A stretch of 64,000 bases of DNA from Myxococcota bacterium (GTDB taxonomy: Bacteria; Myxococcota_A; UBA796; SXON01). A program made the translations under genes and the position numbers. Below the pieces are notes generated by a model. The model ran no database searches. It was given only the letters and a program-made list of their open reading frames with translations, and had not been told where the DNA came from. Location: positions 64,001-128,000 of the forward strand of contig JAZKFH010000003.1 of NCBI GenBank assembly GCA_040386535.1, given 5' to 3'. Numbering within the stretch: position 1 is the first letter of the stretch; each line of letters begins with the position of its first letter. This document shows positions 48,301 to 57,180 of the stretch, one piece after another.

Positions 48301-48553
48301 CACGCGGGACGAGGCGCCGTGGAAGATCCGGCCCGCCCAGACCACCCTCCCCCACTCCTGGTTCGTCGCGATCGCCGAGCCGGATCAGGCGCCGGCGTGC
48401 GCCACGGAGACGCCCGGCCGCTACGTCGTGACCGCCGTCGTCCCCCACGGCGGCTTCGGCGCCTCGGCCGCCGGCCCCCTCGCCATCGCGGCCGTCCGCG
48501 AGCTCCACACCCTCGGCTACCTGCCGGCCGCCACGACCTCGACGGTGCCATGA
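45347..48553 (+). CDS. SEDS glycosyltransferase (RodA/FtsW) fused to class B penicillin-binding transpeptidase
   Basis: SEDS: QPIELVK, KDLGP, AGHTD, EELG, IPLTGVVVPFLSFG. PBP: RGDILDRN, LTID..LQ, GSVFK (SxxK), SSN (SxN), GKTGTA (KTG), HSWF. Confidence 0.93.
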   Translation: MILLIVELALLLLVALAGWFGAGFAIEGTLATAAARAQTGDAVLVRAAGDQAALWFAGGLVLLAVARGATGLRRGQHIRTPLLLPAVGAAAALGLVVQLGYGNPFRADWPGPGFAQGVFYGCLAAAAILAVPGDIGAWISRGRWVIGGGAVALLIALAIFGEAPGRSGQRINLFGTQPIELVKVGAVLFAADALGRRAGKIRFQRVRAGFLRLPRATLLVPALVALLATWAGLFLVKDLGPTLILGAVFLGLFYLATRSPGWVMLAVGTFAATLALLAVAPELAPAGTVQTRLRMWSDPWLNGLPNGDQLALGFWAMAAGGWEGSGLGTAFPGGIPAGHTDLVYAHLVEELGVRGALLWLLLLGVAVTDGLRVAARNRTPERALMAAGLGMLVVAQAATILGGTFGIIPLTGVVVPFLSFGKTSMVAFWAIAALLARLGDDGEARVATDELREIAGGVRHVQVAVGTLTVLGVAVTLLAAVVGRDETSLRGVVTTLKDGTPVLLQDRRLSSIAAAIRRGDILDRNDQPLATSPVAGTRENPLGDAFGTVLGPAGGGVLRAKWSIERQQEAALRGYPDKADGPAIWLGAVNGVDRLLLAVPSAANEEASERGRAQAAFTRLGGVPSPDGSFDRIRRVALSTPDLTSLLPLARLPLVDREAAIQVLSANVISRSVKLTIDARLQAALAPLVKAAAAKSSVGAAALVVLDPATGEVLARVQWPDYDPSGTTWRKQRIAAEAKFMGIYGAWSDKTGAHGVWQAGSVFKVLSAVAAVKAGKVEPSGPPSAQTGSVCPTAASPRYPCNTMHDGRPSFTLPAWSRPIHDHGDGGARGDLDLVAAITKSSNVWFGQLALDLGPDAYRALRSAGVEFGNPGLDEERDADYTGLGARGSRRLAQTGFGQGAGSWNVTQAARLVGAVAAGGTYRRCPSDMRFGAECVAAPLVDAPDALAPVLAGMEGVMKSGTGARLAKVPGVRIYGKTGTADAPGTRDEAPWKIRPAQTTLPHSWFVAIAEPDQAPACATETPGRYVVTAVVPHGGFGASAAGPLAIAAVRELHTLGYLPAATTSTVP

Positions 48554-50589
48554 CCAACCCGGGGCGCCCATCGGTCCTGCTCCGCGAGGTGCCCGGCTCG
48601 CGTCGGGTGTCGCGGACGTGGGTGGCGGGCCAGGAGTGTGTCACCCGCGTGCTCCTCTCCACCCAGGTGCCGACCGATCTCGGCCCGCTCGTCGAGAAGA
48701 TCGTGCTGCACGGGCACGGCAGCATGCTCGGGCTCATCCCCGACGATCTCCAGCTCACGCTCGAGGGGTACCGCGTGGCCGCGTGGCTGCCGTCCGACCT
48801 CGGCCCTCCCCTCCCGTGGACCGTCGCGGTCGCCGCCGGGGTCGACGCCGAGGGGCACGTGTCGATCTCCACGGGCTGGATCGAGGGGGATCCGCTCCAC
48901 CTGCTCCCAGCCCCCAGCCCCGAGGTTGCCCGCGCCCGCGCGCTCGACGCCCTCCGCATCCTCGTCGCCCTGCACGCGTGCCTCGTCACCTACGGCGACT
49001 TCAAGTCGGAGAACCTCGTCCTCCGTCCCGACGGCAGCATCGCCCTCATCGACCTGGACACCCTGCGGGAGGTGGCCCACGCCACGTCCTACGCGCCCAC
49101 GCGGGACCTGACGCGCAGCTGGGCGGCGCCCGAGCAGGAGCGCGACCAGCGGACCTACCTCGCGAGTGATCTCTGGTCGTGGGCTCAGCTGGTCGAGCAC
49201 CTCTTCCCCGCGGGCGCCCCGGCCGAATGGCGCTCCGCGCTGGACGCCTGCCGCCTCCACGATCCGCTCCGGCGGCCGCGCACCGAGTACCTCCTCGCTC
49301 ACCTCGAGCTCGGCGCACCTCTCGTCGACTGGCTCGACCGCCCCACGCCGCCGCCGCCGGGCACGGCCACCGAGCGGATGCCCGAGGTCACCAGCTCGTT
49401 CAGCCCGTCCCCGACCTCTCCCGGGGGGCGGGCGCCGTTCGAGACGGAGCGGGTCCCCGAACGCACCGGCGACACTGGCGGCGTGGGGTTCCGCGAGGTT
49501 ACGAGCACTGGAACCCACACGACGGCCACCACCGTCGCGCCCCGCCGGGTCCAGGCCGGATGTCTGTGGGGCGCGTTCGCGGCGATCGCGCTGCTGATGC
49601 TGACCTGCGGCGGCCTGGCGTTCACCTGGGATCAGTCGCGGATCGCGGACGCGAACACGGCCGCCGCGGAGGCCCTCGAAGCCATGAAGGCGAACAAGAC
49701 CCGCCCCGAGCTCAACAAGGACAGGTCCCAGCGCGAGAAGCTGCGGACGATGGCCGAGGACGCGTGGGCGATCCGAGAGACCCCGCGGTCCGCCGCCGTC
49801 CGCGCGCTCGCGACGGTGTGGGCCCAGGGGTTCCAGGACTCCAGCGAGGGATGGAAGCCCGAGCGCTACGAAGCGGCGCTCGCCGCGATCGAGCCCGTCG
49901 CGTCCAGCCGCCAGCCCGAGGCCCAGCTCGCCCGGGGCACGCTCGACGCCGCGGTCTGCCGCCTCAACCGCCTCGACACCACCGCGCCGGTGCACTGCGG
50001 GCGCGCGCTCGCCGGGCTCGAGGAGCTCCAGGAGGCCCTGCCCGCCGATGCCGAACACCACTGGCTCCGAATGGAGGCCGCGTGGACCGAGGTCCTGGTC
50101 CGCAGCGAGCTGGTGTCCCAGGCGCGCAACGCGGGGCTCCCGAGCGACGCGAAGCAGCTGGACGCCGGGCGCGCCCGGTGCACGCAGGCCGAGGCCTGGC
50201 TCCCCTACGCGCCCGTGAACGGCCCGGAGCTGTTCCAGGACTGCCTGCGGCTCGCGAGCGCGGCGCTCGACGTCGACCAGTACCTGCACTGGGCCGATCT
50301 GCTCGTCCGCGCGGACATGGCCGACGGCGCCGTCAAGAAGTCGACGATCAAGCACCTGTACGTCGGCGGCGGCATCGGGTGCGAGTCGAGCACGGTCGAT
50401 GACAAGCGCCGGGGCGAGTGGCCGGTCAAGGGCAAGCCCTGGTGCCTCGCCCTCGGCCACGCCGCGCGGGGCTGCTGGGACTCCGCGGCGACCGTCGTGT
50501 ACCGGGACCGCTCGGACGACCCTGACCACCCCTGGGATACCCTCCTGGCCTCTGCCCCCCATGGCACCCCTTCCACGTGCGTGCGCTGA
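48550..50589 (+). CDS. Divergent membrane Ser/Thr kinase-like protein with Cys-rich helical extracytoplasmic domain
   Basis: YGDFKSENLV, IDLD, WAAPEQ, SDLWSW; TM helix CLWGAFAAIALLMLTCGGLAFTW. ATG 48550 overlaps the upstream TGA. Confidence 0.8.
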   Translation: MTNPGRPSVLLREVPGSRRVSRTWVAGQECVTRVLLSTQVPTDLGPLVEKIVLHGHGSMLGLIPDDLQLTLEGYRVAAWLPSDLGPPLPWTVAVAAGVDAEGHVSISTGWIEGDPLHLLPAPSPEVARARALDALRILVALHACLVTYGDFKSENLVLRPDGSIALIDLDTLREVAHATSYAPTRDLTRSWAAPEQERDQRTYLASDLWSWAQLVEHLFPAGAPAEWRSALDACRLHDPLRRPRTEYLLAHLELGAPLVDWLDRPTPPPPGTATERMPEVTSSFSPSPTSPGGRAPFETERVPERTGDTGGVGFREVTSTGTHTTATTVAPRRVQAGCLWGAFAAIALLMLTCGGLAFTWDQSRIADANTAAAEALEAMKANKTRPELNKDRSQREKLRTMAEDAWAIRETPRSAAVRALATVWAQGFQDSSEGWKPERYEAALAAIEPVASSRQPEAQLARGTLDAAVCRLNRLDTTAPVHCGRALAGLEELQEALPADAEHHWLRMEAAWTEVLVRSELVSQARNAGLPSDAKQLDAGRARCTQAEAWLPYAPVNGPELFQDCLRLASAALDVDQYLHWADLLVRADMADGAVKKSTIKHLYVGGGIGCESSTVDDKRRGEWPVKGKPWCLALGHAARGCWDSAATVVYRDRSDDPDHPWDTLLASAPHGTPSTCVR

Positions 50590-52553
50590 TGCGACCGATC
50601 ATCTACGCCACGCTCTCCATCCTCCTCGGCATGCTGGGCATCGTGGGCGTGGGCGAGGCCGACAGCTTCCGCCGCGCCAGCGAGGAGCGTGAGCTCCGCA
50701 TCCTGCGCGAGCGGCTCGTGCTCGACGTCGATCGGTGGGAGGACGCCATCGCCCAGCAGGTCGACCTCTGGCTCACCGATCTGTCGTCGCGCGACCGCGA
50801 CAAGGTGCGGGAGCGCGAGCAGTCCCTGCGGGCGAACCGCCCCTGGTTCGACGCGTTCTACCTGTGGGAGGCCGACGAGGTCAGCTGGCCGCCGCAGCAG
50901 CTCGCCGAGGATCTCGCCCTCCTCCGCTCCGACACCTGCCTCGCCGCCGCCAGCCAGCAGGCCGGCAAGGTCGACGCGACCACCGCCGCCCGCCTCTACC
51001 ACGGGTGTGTCGGGCGCAGCCCGCCCGTCGCCCTCCTCGCGGCGTCGGAGTCCGCCGAGCTGTTCCTCAACGCCGACCAGCCGCTCGCCGCCGAGCGTGT
51101 CATCCGCGACCTCGGCACCCTCTTCCTCATCCCGCTCAACGACGCGGCCACCTACGGCGTGAGCCCGCGCCGCCTCATCTACCTCCGCCTCCAGCTCGCG
51201 CGCGCGGTGGACAGCCTCGGGCGCACCGACGTCGCCGAGCGCATCGTCCGGACGCTCGCCTTCGAGGTCGCCTTCCTCGACGGCGCCGCGCTCGAGCCGC
51301 TCCTCGACGACCTGTGGGTGTACCCCATCGCGCGCGACCTGCGGCAGTACGGCGGGCCGTCGCTCGGCGGCGAGGACGACGAGCTCTACCTGCGCGCGAA
51401 GCGTCGTATCGCGGTGCTGCACGAGATCCGCACGCGCGAGTGGGATCTCCGCGACGTCCCCACCATCGCCCAGGGCCCGCGCCTGCTGGTCGACCAGTAC
51501 GGCGATCCGCCCTACCTGCTGTTCTTCGCGCGGCTGGAGATGGGCGCGCTGCTCGCCGGGCTCCAGCTCGATCAGCCCGCGCTCATCGCCAACTTCCGCG
51601 CCAGCGTCTCGCCGGAGCTGGGCCGGTGGGTCTCGGTGCGGGACCCGACGGGCGTGGTGCTCGACGGCAACGCGGAGCCGCTCGCCGCCGAGGTAGCGTT
51701 CACCCGCATCCTGCCCCACCTCCGCGTCGGCGTGGCCGCCGGCGCCCTCGGCCCCGGCACCGGCCTGCGCACCGCCTTCGTGCAGCTGCTCCCCATCGGG
51801 ATCGGCATCCTCATCGGCGTGTTCTCGCTGATCGGCCTCATCCGCAGCGACCGCAAGCAGGCCCTGCTGCTCGACCGCCAGCGCGAGTTCATGACGCGCG
51901 TGACCCACGAGTTCAAGACCCCCCTCGCCGGCATCCGCCTCATGGCGGAGAACCTCGAGATGGGTAGCTTCCGCGACGCGGCGCAACGCGAACGGTTCGC
52001 GCGCCAGATCGTCAAGGAGGCCGAGCGGCTCGGCCAGCGCCTCGACGAGGTCATCCGCGCCGCCAGCCGCCCCATCGACGAGCACGCCGAGGTCCTCGAT
52101 CCCGTGGAGATCGCCGTGCAGGTCGCGGAGCGCTGGACCCCGCTCTGCGAGCAGCAGGGCGTCACGCTCCACCTCGAGGCGCAGGAGGGGCAAGGCACCA
52201 TGATGGGGCGCCCGTCCTACCTGCGCGACGCCCTCACGAACCTGGTCGACAACGCCCTGAAGTACCGCAAACCGGATCGCCCGGGGGACGTGTGGATCCG
52301 TGTCCAGGTCGAGCGTCGGTGGGTACAGTTCGAGGTGGAGGACAACGGCATGGGCGTGCCCGCCAAGATGCGGAAGGCCATCTTCGAGCGCTTCCGGCGC
52401 GTGGAGGGCCCGGGTCGCGGCCTCTCCGGCGGGCACGGTCTCGGGTTAGCTTTCGTCGCTGAGGCTGTGCTTCTTCACGGCGGGAAAGTAGAGTGCCGTG
52501 AAGGCGTCGCCGGTGGCGCCCGATTCATCATGCGCGTGCGACGGAGGTCATAG
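50589..52553 (+). CDS. Membrane sensor histidine kinase
   Basis: Two TM segments; THEFKTPL, NLVDNALKY, DNGMG, IFERF.R, GHGLGL. TGATG coupling. Confidence 0.93.
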   Translation: MRPIIYATLSILLGMLGIVGVGEADSFRRASEERELRILRERLVLDVDRWEDAIAQQVDLWLTDLSSRDRDKVREREQSLRANRPWFDAFYLWEADEVSWPPQQLAEDLALLRSDTCLAAASQQAGKVDATTAARLYHGCVGRSPPVALLAASESAELFLNADQPLAAERVIRDLGTLFLIPLNDAATYGVSPRRLIYLRLQLARAVDSLGRTDVAERIVRTLAFEVAFLDGAALEPLLDDLWVYPIARDLRQYGGPSLGGEDDELYLRAKRRIAVLHEIRTREWDLRDVPTIAQGPRLLVDQYGDPPYLLFFARLEMGALLAGLQLDQPALIANFRASVSPELGRWVSVRDPTGVVLDGNAEPLAAEVAFTRILPHLRVGVAAGALGPGTGLRTAFVQLLPIGIGILIGVFSLIGLIRSDRKQALLLDRQREFMTRVTHEFKTPLAGIRLMAENLEMGSFRDAAQRERFARQIVKEAERLGQRLDEVIRAASRPIDEHAEVLDPVEIAVQVAERWTPLCEQQGVTLHLEAQEGQGTMMGRPSYLRDALTNLVDNALKYRKPDRPGDVWIRVQVERRWVQFEVEDNGMGVPAKMRKAIFERFRRVEGPGRGLSGGHGLGLAFVAEAVLLHGGKVECREGVAGGARFIMRVRRRS

Positions 52554-53246
52554 ATGGAGACGCTTGGGGCCAGCATCCTGGTCGTCGAGGACGATGAGAC
52601 ACTCGCGATGGGGCTGACCAGCGCCCTGGAGCACGAGCGCTTCACGGTGACACATTGCGACAGCGGGGAGTCGGCGCTGGAGTCCATCGAGGACGACGTG
52701 CCCGACGTGCTCATCCTCGATGTGATGCTCCCGGGGATGGACGGGCTGTCCGTGCTCAAGCGGGTCAAGTCGGAGCACCCCGAGCTGCCGATCATCCTGC
52801 TCACGGCGCGCAGCGCCGAGGTGGATCGCGTGCTCGGCCTCGAGCTCGGCGCCGACGACTACGTGGTCAAGCCCTTCTCCCTGCGCGAGCTCATCGCGCG
52901 CGTGAAGGCTCGCCTGCGCGCCCGTCCCGCCGCCCCGCGCGCCCCCGAGGTGTACCGCTTCGGAAAGAACGAGGTCGATCTCCGCCGGCGCATCCTCATG
53001 CGCGATGGGGACGAGCACCGCATGACCACGCACGAGGCCGGCGTGCTCGCCTACCTCATCGCCAATCGTGGGCGTGACGTGAGCCGTGAGGACCTGCTGC
53101 AGCACGTCTGGGGCTACTCCCCCAGCATGGCGACCCGCACGGTCGACAACCAGATCCTCAAGCTTCGCAAGAAGGTCGAGGAGACCCCCTCCGACCCGCG
53201 GCACATCCTCACGGTGCACGGCACGGGCTACCGCTTCGAGGAGTAG
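52554..53246 (+). CDS. OmpR/PhoB family response regulator
   Basis: LVVEDD, ILDVMLPGMDG, GADDYVVKPF; winged helix RTVDNQILKLRKK..TVHGTGY. Confidence 0.95.
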   Translation: METLGASILVVEDDETLAMGLTSALEHERFTVTHCDSGESALESIEDDVPDVLILDVMLPGMDGLSVLKRVKSEHPELPIILLTARSAEVDRVLGLELGADDYVVKPFSLRELIARVKARLRARPAAPRAPEVYRFGKNEVDLRRRILMRDGDEHRMTTHEAGVLAYLIANRGRDVSREDLLQHVWGYSPSMATRTVDNQILKLRKKVEETPSDPRHILTVHGTGYRFEE

Positions 53247-53317
53247 GCGCTCGTGTGCGCGGCGGGGCTGGCGACAGGGCCCGGGAGCGGCTACCGTTCG
53301 CCCCGTCGGAGGCCCTC

Positions 53318-55276
53318 ATGCGTACGTTCCTCGCCGCCCTGCTGCTCGCCGGTTGCACCGCCCCTTCGGATGATGCCGACGTGAAGGACACGTCCGATGT
53401 CGAGAGCGACACGGACACCGACACGGACACCGACAGCGATCCGGACGAGGATCGGGATGGGGACAGCTACCCGGCCAGCACCGACTGCGACGAGACCCGC
53501 CCGGACGTGAACCCGGGCGTGGCGCTCGACGTGTGCAATGACCGGGACGACAACTGTGACGGCACGGTCGACGAGGATCCGGACCTGTCCTGGTACCCCG
53601 ACGCGGACGAAGACGGCTTCGGCGATCCCGCCAGCTCCGCCGTCGTCACGTGTGACCCCGGCTCCGGCGCGTTCGCCACCAACGCCTCCGATTGTGACGA
53701 CACCAACAGCGACACGTTCCCCGCGGCGGACGAGCGGTGTGACGGCCTGGACAACGACTGTGACGGCGAGGTCGACAACGGATCAGCCCTCACGACCTGG
53801 TACCCCGACGCCGATGGGGACGGGTACGGCCAGGCAGGGTCCGTCGGCACGCTCACGTGTGACCCGGGCGCCGGCTCCTTCGCCTCCAACGACTCCGACT
53901 GCAACGACACCACCGCCGCCGTGTCCCCCGACGCCGTCGAGCGCTGCGACGACCTCGACAACGACTGCAACGGCTCCATCGACGAGAACGAGGCCGAGTG
54001 GACCGCGTTCTACGAGGACCGCGACGGTGACGGCGCCGGGACCACCTCCCTCGTCTACGGCTGTGACGCCGCGTCGGCCGGCGGCGCCACCAACGACTGG
54101 GACTGTGACGACTCGGACAGCGCCGAGCCCGTGTTCGTCGACACCTCCGGGGAGAGCCGTGGCCCCGGTACGGTCGCCCGCCCGTACAGCTCCATCCAAA
54201 CCGCCATCTACCAGGCCAACACCTGCGTACGGGTCGCCGCCGGCACCTACTACGAGGAGCTGGACTTCGCCGGCCGCGACATCGACGTGGCGAGCCTCGA
54301 CGGCTCGGGCTCCACGTTCGTGCAGGGGATCGGCAACACGTCCGTGGTGACCTTCCAATCCGGCGAGACCGCGGCCGCCCTTCTCCAGGGCTTCACGCTC
54401 TCCGGCGGCGCGGGCCACTTCTCGTCCACCAGCTCGTCCTACGTGAGCGGCAGCGTCTACTACTACTATTACGACTACACCTACGCGGGCGGCGGGGTCT
54501 ACATCTACCGTTCGGCGCCCACGTTGGTCGACGTGGTGATCACGGACAACGTCCTGCCCGCGGCGACCAACACCACCGTCGACTACGGGAGCACGGTCTA
54601 CTACTACACCGATACAAGCTCCGGTGGCGGCCTGTACGTGGAGTACGGCAGCGTGGCGCTCGAGGATGTCACCATCCAGGGCAACTACTCCTATAGCGGC
54701 GGGGCCATCCAGTCCCTCTACGGGGACGTGACGGGCGTGCGGGTCGACATCTCGGGCAACAACAGCCCCTACCCGACCGTGTGGAGCGAGAGCGGCTCCA
54801 TGATCCTCGACAACGTCATCTTCAACGCCAATCAGTCCGAGCAGGGCTATGGCATGTTCTACACCACCGGCGGCGGCAAGCTCGAGCTCCGCAACAGCGT
54901 GTTGCTCTCCGGCAACTACGGCATCTTCAACGGCGGTTCGGACGTGATGCTCTCGAGCAGCATCGTGAGCGGAAACGACATCGGCATCTACGACGCGTCG
55001 GGCGGCGGTTACACCTGGGTCCTCACCTACAACGACGTGTATGGGAACGACCTGGATTGGCAGGCCGTCGCGGATCCCACCGGTACGGAAGGCAACCTGT
55101 ACGTCAATCCCCGCTTCACGAATTGGATCGACGACACGGACTACGCGTCCGACGACCTCACGCTGGGGAGCCGTAGCATCCTGGTGGACGCCGGGGATCC
55201 GGACGCGGCGCGGAATGATGTGGATGGGTCGCGGAACGACATGGGGGCTCATGGCGGGCCGAGCGGGGCTTGGTAG
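53318..55276 (+). CDS. Lipoprotein with MopE-like metal-binding repeats and a C-terminal right-handed beta-helix (pectin lyase-like) domain
   Basis: GGAGG RBS, LLLAGC lipobox; WYPDADxDG.G / DCDD..P.A.E.CDGLDNDCDG repeats; PYSSIQTAI..V.AGTY.E, GGG(V/L)Y, DAGDP..NDMGAHGG. Confidence 0.85.
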   Translation: MRTFLAALLLAGCTAPSDDADVKDTSDVESDTDTDTDTDSDPDEDRDGDSYPASTDCDETRPDVNPGVALDVCNDRDDNCDGTVDEDPDLSWYPDADEDGFGDPASSAVVTCDPGSGAFATNASDCDDTNSDTFPAADERCDGLDNDCDGEVDNGSALTTWYPDADGDGYGQAGSVGTLTCDPGAGSFASNDSDCNDTTAAVSPDAVERCDDLDNDCNGSIDENEAEWTAFYEDRDGDGAGTTSLVYGCDAASAGGATNDWDCDDSDSAEPVFVDTSGESRGPGTVARPYSSIQTAIYQANTCVRVAAGTYYEELDFAGRDIDVASLDGSGSTFVQGIGNTSVVTFQSGETAAALLQGFTLSGGAGHFSSTSSSYVSGSVYYYYYDYTYAGGGVYIYRSAPTLVDVVITDNVLPAATNTTVDYGSTVYYYTDTSSGGGLYVEYGSVALEDVTIQGNYSYSGGAIQSLYGDVTGVRVDISGNNSPYPTVWSESGSMILDNVIFNANQSEQGYGMFYTTGGGKLELRNSVLLSGNYGIFNGGSDVMLSSSIVSGNDIGIYDASGGGYTWVLTYNDVYGNDLDWQAVADPTGTEGNLYVNPRFTNWIDDTDYASDDLTLGSRSILVDAGDPDAARNDVDGSRNDMGAHGGPSGAW

Positions 55277-55455
55277 GCCAAAACCTGCCTTCCCCCCGAT
55301 CTCCGTGGATTTGCGGCATCGACGCGCGCGCCCGGGTACATGGCGAAAACGCTGGCCGAGGTCGTTGCGGCCGGCGTGCAGGCACGATGAGAGATCAGTG
55401 AGAGGTCCGCCCCGGCGCCCTCGCGCATAGGGTGCCGCTCGCCCTCGAGGTTCTC

Positions 55456-57180
55456 GTGAAGCTCCATCGCCCCGCCCTGGCCGTTCTCGCGCTCTACATC
55501 GGCCTCCCCGCGCTGGGCGCCTCTGACGCCGAAGCGGCCTTCATCCGGCGCACAGCCATAAAGGTCAAGACCAACAGCAACGGCGACACTTCCTACCGCG
55601 TCGGCACCACCGTGAGCGGCGACGCCGGCACGGTGGCCACGATTACCGCCGCGATTGAGTCCGACGCGGGTGAGGAGGAGCTCGCGCTCGTCGAGACCGA
55701 CGCCTGGCTGCACGGCGCCGCGACGATCGCCGCCCTGCCCGCCACCGATGTTGCTCTCACGGTCACCCTCTACGATAGCGGCAGCGCCTCGCTGATCTCC
55801 TTCTCCGGGACGCTCGCGGCGGACGGGACGGTCACCCTCGCGGCCGACGATACCACCTCGATCGAAAACGCGGACTGCGCGTCTCGCACGGGCTGCGCCG
55901 AGGAGACCACACGCGCGGACTCTCCCGACATCGAAATGCTCGCCGCCGATGTGTTCGCCGCCGCGAAGGGCTACGACCTGAGCATCGACCTCGCGGGCGC
56001 GGACACCTATGAAGTGGCCTACGCCAGCGTCACCGTCACCGAGCCGGGCGGGGCGGTCTGCCTTGCCACCGACGAGAAGGGCAACTGCCTCAAGTGGGAG
56101 ACCACCAAGGAGGTGAGCACCCGCTCCGAGGTGTTCTGGGACGACATCGGCTCCGTTTGGGAGGCCGAGGCCACCGCGGCGCACGAGGGCCTCATGCAGT
56201 TGAAGGTGATTGCCTCCGACGCTCGGGGCAACAAGCTCGAGACGGCCAAGTCGAAGCTCGGGGCGCCGTGGCTGGATGACGGCGAGGGCGTCAACACGCT
56301 CGCGACGGACGAGGATCCGTTGACGAGGGTGGCGCTCCACAAGGGCCTGGTGGGCTGGTGGGCTTTTGACGACCAGGCCGCCCAGGACCAACTGACCATC
56401 GTCTCCGAAGGCTGGGCCTCCGGCGACGAGCTGCCCGTCGACGCCGAGGTCGAGCTGACGAACGGCGAGACGATCACCATCCCGGTGAACAGCTACCAGA
56501 AGCGCCTCCGCTTCCCCATCACCATCAACTACCTGGCCGAAACGAAAAACACGGGCTTCGCCTTCAAGACCTTCAACATCACGGCGTCCGGGATTCTGTT
56601 GCCGCTGAGTCCGGACGACCTCTACTTCGGGCAGGTGCGGCCGGTGTGCAGCGAGGGCTTCTGCGCGACGGTGAGCGTCAGCGACGGGGGTGAGTACGAG
56701 CTCTCGATGATGGCCTACGGAGCCGCCGCCGCCGCGCTCCCCGAGGAGTTCGAGGTGTCAATCTCCGTCCTGGACGAATTCGGCGACGAGGTTGCGGCGG
56801 AGACCGCCCTGGTGGAGCTCGACGACGAGATCACCGCGGTGTTCGCCAACGAGGTGAGCCTGGTCGGGGATCCCATCGGGGTCGACCTCTCCGGAAAGGT
56901 GAAGCTGCTCGGCGAAGCGAACCGCAAGGGGAAGCAGGAGACGCTCGCCAAGGGCAAGTTCTATGGCACCTTCTCGCGTGACGGGGACGGCGACCTGGAG
57001 CTCGCGGGCGCCGACAAGGACGAGGTGGTGTCCAGCGGTGACATCATCGTGGCCGGCGAGGCCGTGTTCCTGACGGATCGGGAGGGTGTCCCCGTGGCTC
57101 CCCCTGCGATTCAATTCAGCAACGGCTCGGGCACGAAGAACGCGACCACCACAACGTCGACCAGGCCCCAGCTGCTCTGA
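55456..57180 (+). CDS. Hypothetical secreted acidic beta-rich protein
   Basis: GTG 55456 after GAGG; signal peptide MKLHRPALAVLAL..AEA-A; no recognised domain. Confidence 0.75.
   Translation: MKLHRPALAVLALYIGLPALGASDAEAAFIRRTAIKVKTNSNGDTSYRVGTTVSGDAGTVATITAAIESDAGEEELALVETDAWLHGAATIAALPATDVALTVTLYDSGSASLISFSGTLAADGTVTLAADDTTSIENADCASRTGCAEETTRADSPDIEMLAADVFAAAKGYDLSIDLAGADTYEVAYASVTVTEPGGAVCLATDEKGNCLKWETTKEVSTRSEVFWDDIGSVWEAEATAAHEGLMQLKVIASDARGNKLETAKSKLGAPWLDDGEGVNTLATDEDPLTRVALHKGLVGWWAFDDQAAQDQLTIVSEGWASGDELPVDAEVELTNGETITIPVNSYQKRLRFPITINYLAETKNTGFAFKTFNITASGILLPLSPDDLYFGQVRPVCSEGFCATVSVSDGGEYELSMMAYGAAAAALPEEFEVSISVLDEFGDEVAAETALVELDDEITAVFANEVSLVGDPIGVDLSGKVKLLGEANRKGKQETLAKGKFYGTFSRDGDGDLELAGADKDEVVSSGDIIVAGEAVFLTDREGVPVAPPAIQFSNGSGTKNATTTTSTRPQLL

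Noticed and set aside
45197..48571. 1124-aa minus-strand ORF
   Set aside because: Antisense shadow of the SEDS-PBP fusion.
42463..50589. Type VI secretion regulatory module (Fha/PppA/PpkA)
   Set aside because: No T6SS structural genes are in the window, and the embedded SEDS-PBP fusion points to peptidoglycan synthesis.
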